DNA of 64,000 nt, taken from IMG/VR virus record IMGVR_UViG_3300045988_170760, positions 32,001 to 96,000 of that record, one strand, 5' to 3'. Shown here in pieces: positions 37,368 to 46,497 of the stretch. Source of the stretch: a virus. The position numbers and the translations under genes were made by a program. Numbering within the stretch: position 1 is the first letter of the stretch; each line of letters starts with the position of its first letter. A model generated the notes under the pieces. The model saw only the letters and a program-made list of their open reading frames with translations. It was not told the origin of the DNA and did not search any database.

Positions 37368-39422
37368 ATGAATAGTAGAGACAATTCAGATAATTATATA
37401 TGCAGAGCTGTTACAGAAAATCCAGGATATATGCAAGTCAAATTTAGAGTACCTGAAAATGTGGAAATTGTAGCAGGTGAAGTGTTTGTTCCAAATGTAT
37501 TAGATTTAGAATTAGGATATGGAAACTGGGATGTATTTGCACCAGAAACGGTAGAAAATGAAACTGATATTCCAGCTATTATTTTAAATAATTCTTTTGA
37601 AACATTAGCAGATGGAAGAAGACCAAATGGAAATCCTGATTATACTCAATATGTGTATAGAGAAGGAGAAACCATAACAGGAATGTTATTATTGCCTGAA
37701 TTAAAGTTTGAACTAAGTCCAGATAATATAAGTAATTTAGAAGAATTAAAAGATGCTATGGATTTAGATGCAGCAGTAAACACTTATCTATATCCTGAAT
37801 TAGGTACTAGTAGCTTAAAATGGACATCTGATATAGAAGAAGTAGAAACTAAAGTGTATTTAGTTATAGAAGCTTTGAAATGGTTTAGATTAGGTGGACT
37901 TTTTGGCGGTGACTTTGCAAGAACATTGGTTGTTAGAGTTAAGAATAATGATATATTAGGAGCTCCTGCTATTACTTCATTTACTATTACTCCTGAAGAA
38001 GGATTAGTAGAAGGAAATGAAAATGTAGAAGTAGGTGCGGTTGTAGCTAATATGGTTGCACAAGGTGGAACTGAACCATATGTTTATGAATTTAATGATG
38101 GTGCTATGGGAGCAGATAATGCTTTATTTGAAATAGATGGAACTACAATTAAGGTTAAAGATAATCCTTTAACAACCAAAGATTATAAAATTTCTGTAAA
38201 AGTGACTGATAGTGAACAAAAAACTAGAACAGCAAATGCAACTATAATTGTAGATGCACCAGAAATTAATACTGTAACTGTCCAAGCATTTGGTAATTTA
38301 GTAATACCAGTAAATGTTGATAGTAAAGTTGCTGACATAACTGTAGATGGAGGAATAGCTCCTTATGATTATAGTTTAGCTTCAGGTGTTGGTGATAATG
38401 ATTTATTTAAAATTAATGAAGCAACAGTAGAAGTTAAAACTCAACTTACAGAACCTAGGGTTTATAATATCACAGTAACAGCCACTGATAAAAATGGAAA
38501 AACAAAAGATGGTTCTTTAGCGTTGTCTGTAAACTCTCCAGAAATTACTTCAATTAGAGGAGATTTAGCACCTAATTTAAGTGTTGGAAATAGTAATGTT
38601 GCAAGTGGTGCTACTGTATTAACTATGACTGCTGAGGGAGGAACAGAACCAATTACATTTGAATTCAAAGAAAATGGTGGAGAAAGTGCTGACAATGGAT
38701 TATTTGTAATTGATGGAAATAAAGTAAACGTTGGTTCTAATCCTTTAACTGAAGTAAAAGAATATCAGATTTATATAGAAGCAAAGGATATGTATGACAA
38801 AACTTTTGATGAAGGATTTGACATACCTGTTTCAGACCCAGAAATCACTAATATACAAGCTGATATTACACCAGGATTACAAGTTGGTAATGATAATGTG
38901 GCTAGTGGTGCAACTGTTCTAACAATGAATGTAGAAGGAGGAACTGCTCCATTTGTATATACATTAGAAGAAAATGCAGAAGCAGGAGCTGATAATGGAT
39001 TATTTGTTATATCTGATAACAAAGTAAATGTAGGAGAAAATGCTTTAACAGAGGCAAAAACATATAAAGTATATGTGAAAGTAACTGATAGCAAATCTAA
39101 AACATTTGTTGAGGGATTTGATATACCAGTTAGTGCTGCTGACCCAGAAATTACAGCATTAAATATAACTCCTGTAGAAGGATTAACAGCACCATTGACA
39201 GCAGAAACTGTAGTGGCTAATTTGGCTACTGAAGGTGGTACTTCTCCATACACTTATACATTAGTAGAAGGTGATGTGGATAATGCTGAATTTGAAATTA
39301 CAGGAACTGAAGTAAAAAACATAGTAGAAATAGCTGAGGGTGCAATTAAAATGATAACAGTTGAAGTATCTGATAGTAAAGGCAAAACATTACAAGAAAG
39401 TGCTTCAATTGATATAACTTAA
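37368..39422 (+). CDS. decoration-protein paralogue fused to five cadherin-like Ig repeats
   Basis: Residues 1-198 align along their length with the 25495 ORF (TENPGYMQ, LGYGNWDV, FETLADGRRP, DYTQY, FRLGG). Five ~97-aa repeats follow. Confidence 0.75.
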   Translation: MNSRDNSDNYICRAVTENPGYMQVKFRVPENVEIVAGEVFVPNVLDLELGYGNWDVFAPETVENETDIPAIILNNSFETLADGRRPNGNPDYTQYVYREGETITGMLLLPELKFELSPDNISNLEELKDAMDLDAAVNTYLYPELGTSSLKWTSDIEEVETKVYLVIEALKWFRLGGLFGGDFARTLVVRVKNNDILGAPAITSFTITPEEGLVEGNENVEVGAVVANMVAQGGTEPYVYEFNDGAMGADNALFEIDGTTIKVKDNPLTTKDYKISVKVTDSEQKTRTANATIIVDAPEINTVTVQAFGNLVIPVNVDSKVADITVDGGIAPYDYSLASGVGDNDLFKINEATVEVKTQLTEPRVYNITVTATDKNGKTKDGSLALSVNSPEITSIRGDLAPNLSVGNSNVASGATVLTMTAEGGTEPITFEFKENGGESADNGLFVIDGNKVNVGSNPLTEVKEYQIYIEAKDMYDKTFDEGFDIPVSDPEITNIQADITPGLQVGNDNVASGATVLTMNVEGGTAPFVYTLEENAEAGADNGLFVISDNKVNVGENALTEAKTYKVYVKVTDSKSKTFVEGFDIPVSAADPEITALNITPVEGLTAPLTAETVVANLATEGGTSPYTYTLVEGDVDNAEFEITGTEVKNIVEIAEGAIKMITVEVSDSKGKTLQESASIDIT
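37962..39419 (+). repeat. five tandem ~290-nt coding repeats (cadherin-like domains)
   Basis: Each unit starts P(E/A)IT, contains GGT(E/A/S)P(Y/F/I), then DN.LF.I... and Y.I.V.V.D. Units 3 and 4 are visibly the most similar. Confidence 0.75.
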
Positions 39423-39459
39423 TAAGTTATTTATAAACAATACTAAATGTATTATAGGT

Positions 39460-39498
39460 AAGAAGAATAACTTTTTGGGTTATTCTTCTTATTTTTTT
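39460..39498 (+). terminator. intrinsic terminator
   Basis: AAGAAGAATAAC and GTTATTCTTCTT form a 12-bp perfect stem followed by ATTTTTTT. Confidence 0.85.
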
Positions 39499-39519
39499 AG
39501 AATGAAAGGTGGAATAGTA

Positions 39520-40071
39520 ATGGGAAGAAAAGTAAAAGTAACATTACCAAAATTTGATATTAAAGAAGTAGATTTTTGTGATAAAAAGATAAAAGTTGAT
39601 ACACACATTACTGTGGAAAATTATGAAAAAATACTAGAAGATATCAAAACTACAATATTATATAATAATGATGTTGAAGATAAATATGGTTTATTACATT
39701 TGAGATACATAAAAGATATATTAGATTTATGTACTAATATAGATACTAATAATTTAGAAGGAGAAGATTTAGCTTCTCGTTTGTTTGTAGATTTGCTATG
39801 TTCTAATATAGATAACTTTTTTGATATACAATCTTATATAGAAAAAGAATATGATAAATGGATGATAGAAAATTGTTTTGGCGTTTTAGGGAATAAATTA
39901 CCATCATCTGCTGACATGGAAAAAAGTATGAAGAATATAGCAGAGACAATTGAGAATTTACCTGAAGATAAATTAGAATTAATAAGTAAAAGCATAGTAT
40001 GGAATAATATGCCAGCATTAGGTAAACAAGTAGCACCTGCTACTCATGTAGATTTAATGGCTGAAGCATAA
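39520..40071 (+). CDS. acidic protein, tail assembly chaperone candidate (position-based)
   Basis: ATG 39520 follows AAAGGTGGA. The track start at 39475 lies inside the terminator hairpin and is rejected. Confidence 0.55.
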   Translation: MGRKVKVTLPKFDIKEVDFCDKKIKVDTHITVENYEKILEDIKTTILYNNDVEDKYGLLHLRYIKDILDLCTNIDTNNLEGEDLASRLFVDLLCSNIDNFFDIQSYIEKEYDKWMIENCFGVLGNKLPSSADMEKSMKNIAETIENLPEDKLELISKSIVWNNMPALGKQVAPATHVDLMAEA

Positions 40072-40082
40072 GGAGTGATAAA

Positions 40083-40622
40083 ATGGCAATTAGAACTGAT
40101 GAGGATTTGGAGAAAGTGTTTGCATCAGTTATTAAAGACGTTGTTATTTCTGTTAGTGAAAGAGCAAAGAAACTTTTGCAACAGCATATTAATGCAGATA
40201 CTTATGGGATAGGCAAAAATGTTACTGGTCATCCTAGAATTAATAGAAGTTATTTAAATGACACTGGTACTCCATCATACGAATTTAGAGATGTTGCGTG
40301 GAATATTAAATTACAAAATGATTTAGAAGGATATTTATTTTCTTTATTTTATGATGAAGGACTTCTATCTGCTCCAACTTATAGTTCTCCATATTTGCAT
40401 GGTAATGTATATGAAAACAAAGATAGAAGAAAAGAATTACCAGATTTATTAAATGTATCAGGTACTTCTCCAGAAAGTGATTTTATACATCAGAAAACTA
40501 GAAATCCTTTTTGGGATAACTTTGAGCAAGAGCTAAAACAAAAATTAGGAAATTGGTTATATACAGAATTTAATAATAGAGGATTAAAAGTTCCAAGTTT
40601 AAAAAACGCTAGATTTGGATAA
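40083..40622 (+). CDS. hypothetical tail-module protein
   Basis: 179-aa ORF with AGGAGTG upstream. Confidence 0.65.
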   Translation: MAIRTDEDLEKVFASVIKDVVISVSERAKKLLQQHINADTYGIGKNVTGHPRINRSYLNDTGTPSYEFRDVAWNIKLQNDLEGYLFSLFYDEGLLSAPTYSSPYLHGNVYENKDRRKELPDLLNVSGTSPESDFIHQKTRNPFWDNFEQELKQKLGNWLYTEFNNRGLKVPSLKNARFG

Positions 40623-40670
40623 TTATAGACTTCCTTTTATTTTATTATAGAAAGGAAGGTGGGAAATTTA

Positions 40671-41450
40671 ATGGCATCAAAATTTGAGGTAGTATTAACT
40701 GCCAAATTAGATGAGAATTCAGTAAAAGACATACAAAAGCAGATAAACAGTATAGTAAAAAATCAAGACTTAAGTATAAAGGCTGATAGTAAACAAGTAA
40801 ATAGCTTATCAAGGTCACTACAGGGATTAAGTAATGAAGCAAAAAATGCAAAAGGACATACTCAAGGTCTGAGTGATATAATTAGCAAATTTAGTAGTTG
40901 GCAAGTTGTTGGAGACGTTATTCATGGCGTAAAGAATGCTATGAGTGATATGGTACAACAGGTATTTGATTTAGATGCAAGTTTAACTGAATTAGACAAA
41001 GTAACAGATTTAACATCAAGTGGATTGCAAAGTTTAGCAGATGATGCTTTTGCAGTTGGAGAACAAATTGGGGCAACAGGTAAAGATGTAATAGATGCAA
41101 CTACACTTTTTGCTCAGGCAGGATATGAAGCCAGAGATGCTTTAGACTTAGGAGAACAAGCTATTATGCTTAAGAATGTGTCTGAGGCTGGTGCTACTGC
41201 TGAAAGTAGTGCAAGTACTTTGATTGCTGCAATGAAGGCATTTGGATTAGAAGCTTCAGATAGTAGTCATGTAGTAGATGCTTTAAATGAAGTGTCTAAC
41301 AAATATGCAGTAAGTGTAAATGATTTATCAACTGCTATTAGCAAATCTTCCGCATCAATGGCGGCGGGTAACAACTCTTTAGAGGAAACCTTTGGATTGG
41401 TAACAGCTGGGGTGGAAATCCTAAGGGAACCGGGTAGAGTTGCGAACGGT
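40671..41450 (+). CDS. tail tape measure protein, exon 1
   Basis: TP901-type tape-measure core pattern ending ...VEILREPGRVANG. The frame is broken by TAA at 41451, which is the first triplet of the intron. Confidence 0.75.
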
Positions 41451-41660
41451 TAATTTTAGGCTGTTCATATATAGAAATATATATAAGGAAAAGACCTTTA
41501 ATTGCTGGAACCCCCTTAGAGCTATATTGCCACAACATAGCAATGAAAAATATGCAAGTGTGATGGCTTAAAAAGTATATAGATTGGGAAATCAGCAGCC
41601 AAGCTCCGAATAGGAGAAGGTTCAACGACTATCGCTTAGGTTATATTATTTTTTTATATA

Positions 41661-41689
41661 TTGACATTTATAATAAAATATGATATAAT
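41661..41689 (+). promoter_or_regulatory. consensus sigma70-type promoter inside the intron
   Basis: TTGACA, a 17-nt spacer ending in TGa, then TATAAT. Confidence 0.55.
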
Positions 41690-41823
41690 ATAACAATACG
41701 AGTAGGGCTCAAGTGAGCGGGTGAAAATCCCTTAAATCGAAATGGGGTCATACTAAACAGGTAATGCTGAAGTATAAGATATAGTCTAATCTCATATGAA
41801 AGTATGAGGGAATGGAGTAAAAT

Positions 41824-42959
41824 ATGAAAAGAATATAGAAGAAGTTAAAAATGAATTTATTAAAAGAGGATATATACCTTTATTTGATACTTATAAAAAT
41901 AATAAAGAAAAGTTAAAATTTAAAAATAAAAATGGATATATTGGAAATATATCATTAAATAAGATTAATAATATTGATAATTATTTATACTTTTCTATTT
42001 TTAATGAAAATGTTATAGATAATATTAATACTTATTGTAGAGAACACAGATTAATGTGTGAAGTATATCCACAAGAATATAAAGGAATAGATTATCATAT
42101 GAGGGCAAAGTGCTTAATTTGTGGAAAAGATTTTTATACAACATGGCATATTATTAGTGATAAAAGGTATAATAAATATAAAAAATGTTGTAAGTACTGT
42201 TCTAATAAATTAACTCATATGAATGATTTATCTAAGTATAGTTTTTCAGAAGTATATAATATATTTAAAAGTAATGGATTATTGTTGCTAGATAGTGAAT
42301 ATGTTAATAATACTATAAAGATGGATTGTGAGGATGCAGAAGGATATAGAGGTAGTCTAAGTTTTCATCAATTGCTTAGTGGATGTATGTTTAATAAATT
42401 CCATAAGTCTAACCCTTATTCTATCTATAATTTAAACTTATTTTTTGAGATAAATAATTGTAAAACTAAAGTACTTGATAAAGAATATAGGGGCAATAAA
42501 TATAATTATAACTTTAAGTGTGAGTGTGGAAATATTTTTAAAAGGTCTATAGATGGTGTTGTATATAATGGTTCTCTATATTGTTTAGATTGTACAAAAC
42601 ATAGGAAATCTAGTTATCATTTAAAAGTTAGAGATTGGTTAGATGATAATAATATAAATTATATTGAAGAGTATACTTTTGATAATTGTAAGGATTTAAA
42701 TAAGTTGCCATTTGATTTTTACTTGCCAGATTATAATTTATGTATAGAGGTTCAAGGTGAACAACATTATACTCCAAAAGATATATTTGGTGGTGTTAAT
42801 GGATTTGAAAAGATAATAAGTCATAGCATTGTAAAAAAATATTATTGTAATTGCAATAATATTTGTTTTGTAAAAATAGATTATTCTGATTTTACTAATG
42901 ATAATTATATATATATTTTACTACATTCTATTAAAACTAACGATTTTAATAAAATATAA
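41824..42959 (+). pseudogene. intron-encoded homing endonuclease (Vsr/PD-(D/E)XK, EDxHD-like), with start codon out of frame
   Basis: GGAG-N6-ATG at 41824 opens only 4 codons. The long frame, open from 41808, has no ATG, GTG or TTG before 42054, yet codes a plausible N-terminal module (EEVKNEFIKRGYIPL...). One extra A in the A4 run would fuse them. The C-terminus reads FDFYLPDYNLCIEVQGEQH. Confidence 0.6.
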
Positions 42960-42961
42960 AG

Positions 42962-45900
42962 CTAAGTACAATTACAGCACGTTTAACAGCAAAAAATGAC
43001 GAATATATTAAATCTATTACAGGTGGTCAAGGAGTAATAGATGAACAGACTGGAGAATTGCGTTCTACATTCGATATTTTACAAGATTTAGCAGGTGCTT
43101 GGGATACATTAACTTCAGTAGAAAAACAAGAGTTGGCTGAAACTGTAGCAGGAAAAACTCAAAGGTCATTATTCACAGCTATTATGACAAACTTTGAAAG
43201 TGCTGTAGGTGCAACAGAAGCCGCATTGAATAGTGAGGGAAGTGCAGCTGCTGAAAATGAAAAAAGAATGGATAGTTTACAAGGAAAAACTCAACAGTTA
43301 CAGGCTGCTTGGCAAGATTTTGCTCGTAATACAATTAATAGTGAATTAGTAAAAAGCATATTGAGCTTAGGAACAACAATATTAAATTTTGCTAATAGTG
43401 ATATGGGAAGATTTATACTAGTGCTAGGGACTGCAACTACAGCAGTAGGATTATTAAAAAAAGCATTAACTGCTGATAATTTATTAAAGTTTGCAAGCGG
43501 TTTTAATTCTCTTACTAAAGCGGTAGCAGCAGGTACAACTGCATTCCAATTAGCGAGTGCTACAGGTGGAACATTCAGAGCATCAATGATAGCTGCTGGG
43601 GCAGGAGTAGAGGTGCTTACAAAATCATTATTGGCTAGTCCTTTATTTGGTGTGGTTGCAGCAGGAATGGCTATTTGGGGTATTATCGAAGCTATTAATG
43701 TATTAATGCCAAAAATGGAAGATTTGTCTAAGGCTACAGAAGAAAGCACTGCTGCTTATGAAGAGCAAAAACAGAAGACGGAACAGATAAGAAATGAATT
43801 AGATAGTTTAAATACAGAAATTACTGAATTAGAAAAAAAGGGGACTTTAACTTTTACAGATGAAAAAGAATTAGAAAACTTGAAAGAACAAAAAAAAGAG
43901 TTAGAAGATAGTTTGACTATTGCTGAGAAGCTAGAGAAAGCTAAGAAAGAAGCAGCTGCGATAGATATAGCTGAAGAGTTACAACATGTATCTAATAATC
44001 CTTTTGAGTTTTTAAATGTTGATGATGCTGAAAGGTCTATAGAAGATGCGAAAAAGATATTAAAAGACGCTGGTGATGATTTGGCTGATATATTGGGTGG
44101 CAATGGAGAAAATATTAGAAGAGAAACTCAAGATATGGCATCTGCATATGTTCACTTAGCTGATGAAATTACAAAACAAAAAGAAAGAATGGCACAAGGT
44201 GATACGATTTCTGATGAAGACCAAGAAAAATTAGAAGAAATGGAAAGAGTATATAGTGAATTAGGAGGACATTTAGCTGAAAATGCAGAAAAATTTCAAG
44301 AGTGGTCTGAAACTCTAGAAGGCGGCGGTGAAGAAGCCGAAAAGACAAAGGGTATTGTAGATACATTATTAGATACAATTGATAAGGCATTAGATACAAC
44401 AGAAGATGTTACAGAAGCAACAGAAGAAGCAGGCAAAAGCATGAATGTCTATGAAGAAGACATACAAAAAACAACAGATGCCTTTAATGCTCAGTCTGAA
44501 GCATTAGATACAGCTCAGAAATCTTATGATGTTTTAAAATCAGCTATAGATGAATATAATAATAGTGGATATTTGTCTATTGATACCTTGCAATCTTTAT
44601 TAGCATTAGATGATGAACATTTGGCTATGTTAAGTTTAGAAAATGGTCAATTAGCTTTAAATACTACTAGTATAGACCAAATGACCGATAGTTTAATAGC
44701 TCAGAGGGTCAGTCAACTACAAGCTTCTGCTGCTCAAGATTTATATAATTTGGCTCTTGGTAATACCGAAAGTTTGTCTTCAGTAGCAAAAAATGCAATT
44801 GCTAATGCAGGGACATCAGCAGAAATTACTGGAAATCAATTTTCTAGTGCTGTCCCTAAAATAGCAGAATTTACAGCAGCTTTAAATGAAGCGAAAAAGG
44901 CTGCTGGAGATGCAACAGCTGGTGGACAGGAAAATTTTGAAGCAGATGCCCAAAAAATAATTTCTTCATATCAAAATATATTCAGTGGAATTACTGCTTT
45001 GGGTGGTTCTACAACTAAAGCAGGAGGAACATCAGGAAGTGGACACAGATATACTGGTAGTTCATCAGGTAGAAAATCATCAGGAGGCTCAGGTAAGAAA
45101 TCTTCTAGTAAATCTGCCAAGGAAGAATATAAGCCAGAAGTTGATGCATTATATTGGTATAAAAATGCCTTAGATAATGCTGAAGAAAGTGTAGACAAGC
45201 TAAATGATGCACTAAAAAATACTGATAACTTTAACGAACAGGAGAAATATTTAAATCAGTTAATTGAAGCTACTAATAATCAAATCAATAAGACTAACGA
45301 TTTGAAAAATGCTCAAGTAGGGCAAATAAATGATTTTATTAATCAGTTAAGACAGCAAGGGTTTGCTATTGATTATAATAGCCAAAGTAATGAGTTATAT
45401 ATTAATAATATGCAACATTTATCAGACTTTACTGGAGATGCTGCTAAGAATATAGAAAAGTTAATAGATAAAATTCAAGATTTAAATGATGATAATAGAG
45501 ACTTAGATAGCTCTGTAAGAGACTTAACATCTGATGTAAAAGATTATTATGACCAATTAGCTGAAATACCTGAGAAGAAACTTGAGAAGTTCAATGATTT
45601 GATGGAAGAATTCCAACAAAGTAGATTAGACCAAGTCCAATATCAAATTGAAGACCTTGAACATGAGATGGAAAATGACCCAAGATTAAAGGCATTAGAG
45701 GAACAAATTGAAGCATTAGAAAAACAAAATGATGAACTAGACAAACAAGAAGAAATGGAAGAAAAACTTCTTGCTGTAGAAGAAGCAAAACTAAAGCTTC
45801 AAAATGCACAACAACAAAAGACATTACAAGTGTATAGGGAAGGACAAGGTTTCGTCTGGGAAGTTGACCCTGATGCTATTAAAGAAGCTCAAGAAGAATT

Positions 45901-46480
45901 AGAAGATGCACAAAAAGATTTAAATGAACAGATAAAAGATGACCAACTTGAGCAATTAGAAGCAGAAAAAGAAGCAATTGAAAAGAGTTATCAAGATAGA
46001 ATAGATGCTTTAGAAAAATTTTTAGATGAGCAAGAATATATCATTGATAAAGCTAATAGAGAAGGAATTCAAACATTTGAAGAACTAAGAAGCGAATTAG
46101 CAAAATATGGACTAGATAGTGCTGAATATTTAGGTAAAGCAACTGAGTGGTTAAATAATTACAATTCTGCATTAGCTAACTTGAATAATACAGTACAAGG
46201 AGTATTAGCTTCTTCAGGAGATGCAACAAGTGAATTAATTTATAGTTCAGCAATGCAAAGTAGAATAAATCAAGCTTTATCTAGCGTATTGCCAGAAGTT
46301 GCCGCTAATTCTAATATGTTTGGTAGTGGTGTCAACTATGATAAGGTATCTAATAGTAATAGTCAAACAGTATATATTAATACAGTAGAATTACCAAATG
46401 TCCAAGATAGTGAGGACTTTATTAGTGAATTAAAGAATTTACCTAGAATGGCTACCTCACAATCAGCATTAAGAAAATAA
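42962..46480 (+). CDS. tail tape measure protein, exon 2
   Basis: The frame is open from 42953. LSTITARLTAKNDEY continues the tape-measure core in phase after exon 1. A long coiled-coil region and a Gly/Ser-rich segment follow. Confidence 0.75.
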   Translation, partial: LSTITARLTAKNDEYIKSITGGQGVIDEQTGELRSTFDILQDLAGAWDTLTSVEKQELAETVAGKTQRSLFTAIMTNFESAVGATEAALNSEGSAAAENEKRMDSLQGKTQQLQAAWQDFARNTINSELVKSILSLGTTILNFANSDMGRFILVLGTATTAVGLLKKALTADNLLKFASGFNSLTKAVAAGTTAFQLASATGGTFRASMIAAGAGVEVLTKSLLASPLFGVVAAGMAIWGIIEAINVLMPKMEDLSKATEESTAAYEEQKQKTEQIRNELDSLNTEITELEKKGTLTFTDEKELENLKEQKKELEDSLTIAEKLEKAKKEAAAIDIAEELQHVSNNPFEFLNVDDAERSIEDAKKILKDAGDDLADILGGNGENIRRETQDMASAYVHLADEITKQKERMAQGDTISDEDQEKLEEMERVYSELGGHLAENAEKFQEWSETLEGGGEEAEKTKGIVDTLLDTIDKALDTTEDVTEATEEAGKSMNVYEEDIQKTTDAFNAQSEALDTAQKSYDVLKSAIDEYNNSGYLSIDTLQSLLALDDEHLAMLSLENGQLALNTTSIDQMTDSLIAQRVSQLQASAAQDLYNLALGNTESLSSVAKNAIANAGTSAEITGNQFSSAVPKIAEFTAALNEAKKAAGDATAGGQENFEADAQKIISSYQNIFSGITALGGSTTKAGGTSGSGHRYTGSSSGRKSSGGSGKKSSSKSAKEEYKPEVDALYWYKNALDNAEESVDKLNDALKNTDNFNEQEKYLNQLIEATNNQINKTNDLKNAQVGQINDFINQLRQQGFAIDYNSQSNELYINNMQHLSDFTGDAAKNIEKLIDKIQDLNDDNRDLDSSVRDLTSDVKDYYDQLAEIPEKKLEKFNDLMEEFQQSRLDQVQYQIEDLEHEMENDPRLKALEEQIEALEKQNDELDKQEEMEEKLLAVEEAKLKLQNAQQQKTLQVYREGQGFVWEVDPDAIKEAQEELEDAQKDLNEQIKDDQLEQLEAEKEAIEKSYQDRIDALEKFLDEQEYIIDKANREGIQTFEELRSELAKYGLDSAEYLGKATEWLNNYNSALANLNNTVQGVLASSGDATSELIYSSAMQSRINQALSSVLPEVAANSNMFGSGVNYDKVSNSNSQTVYINTVELPNVQDSEDFISELKNLPRMATSQSALRK

Positions 46481-46497
46481 AAGAAAGGAGTTTTAAT

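Larger units (their letters stand above)
41451..42961 (+). mobile_element. group I intron in the tape measure gene
   Basis: Conserved elements are present in order: P AATTGCTGGAA (41500-41510), Q AATCAGCAGC (41590-41599), R GGTTCAACGACTATCG (41619-41634) and S AAGATATAGTC (41776-41786). P1 pairs exon AACGGU with GCUGUU (41460-41465). P10 pairs UUUAG (41455-41459) with exon-2 CUAAG. The intron ends in G. Confidence 0.85.

Noticed and set aside
39475-39519. The track start codon (TTG 39475) for the 39475-40071 ORF.
   Set aside because: It lies inside the 12-bp terminator hairpin and T-tract. ATG 39520, with AAAGGTGGA upstream, is the credible start.
40630-40658. An inverted repeat CTTCCTTT...AAAGGAAG covering the tape-measure RBS, considered as a translational operator.
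   Set aside because: The 8-bp stem is AT- and purine-rich with a 13-nt loop and marginal stability. It is plausibly fortuitous in an AT-rich leader.
42054-42959. The ATG at 42054 as the natural start of the intron endonuclease.
   Set aside because: The same frame is open and protein-like for 82 codons upstream, and a proper RBS and ATG sits at 41824 one nucleotide out of frame. 42054 is kept only as a fallback initiation site.
44985-45173. A + strand 62-aa ORF in an alternative frame inside tape-measure exon 2.
   Set aside because: It is embedded in the continuous tape-measure frame, which here encodes a Gly/Ser/Lys-rich linker. It has no RBS, and its product is repetitive and rich in His, Gln and Glu.
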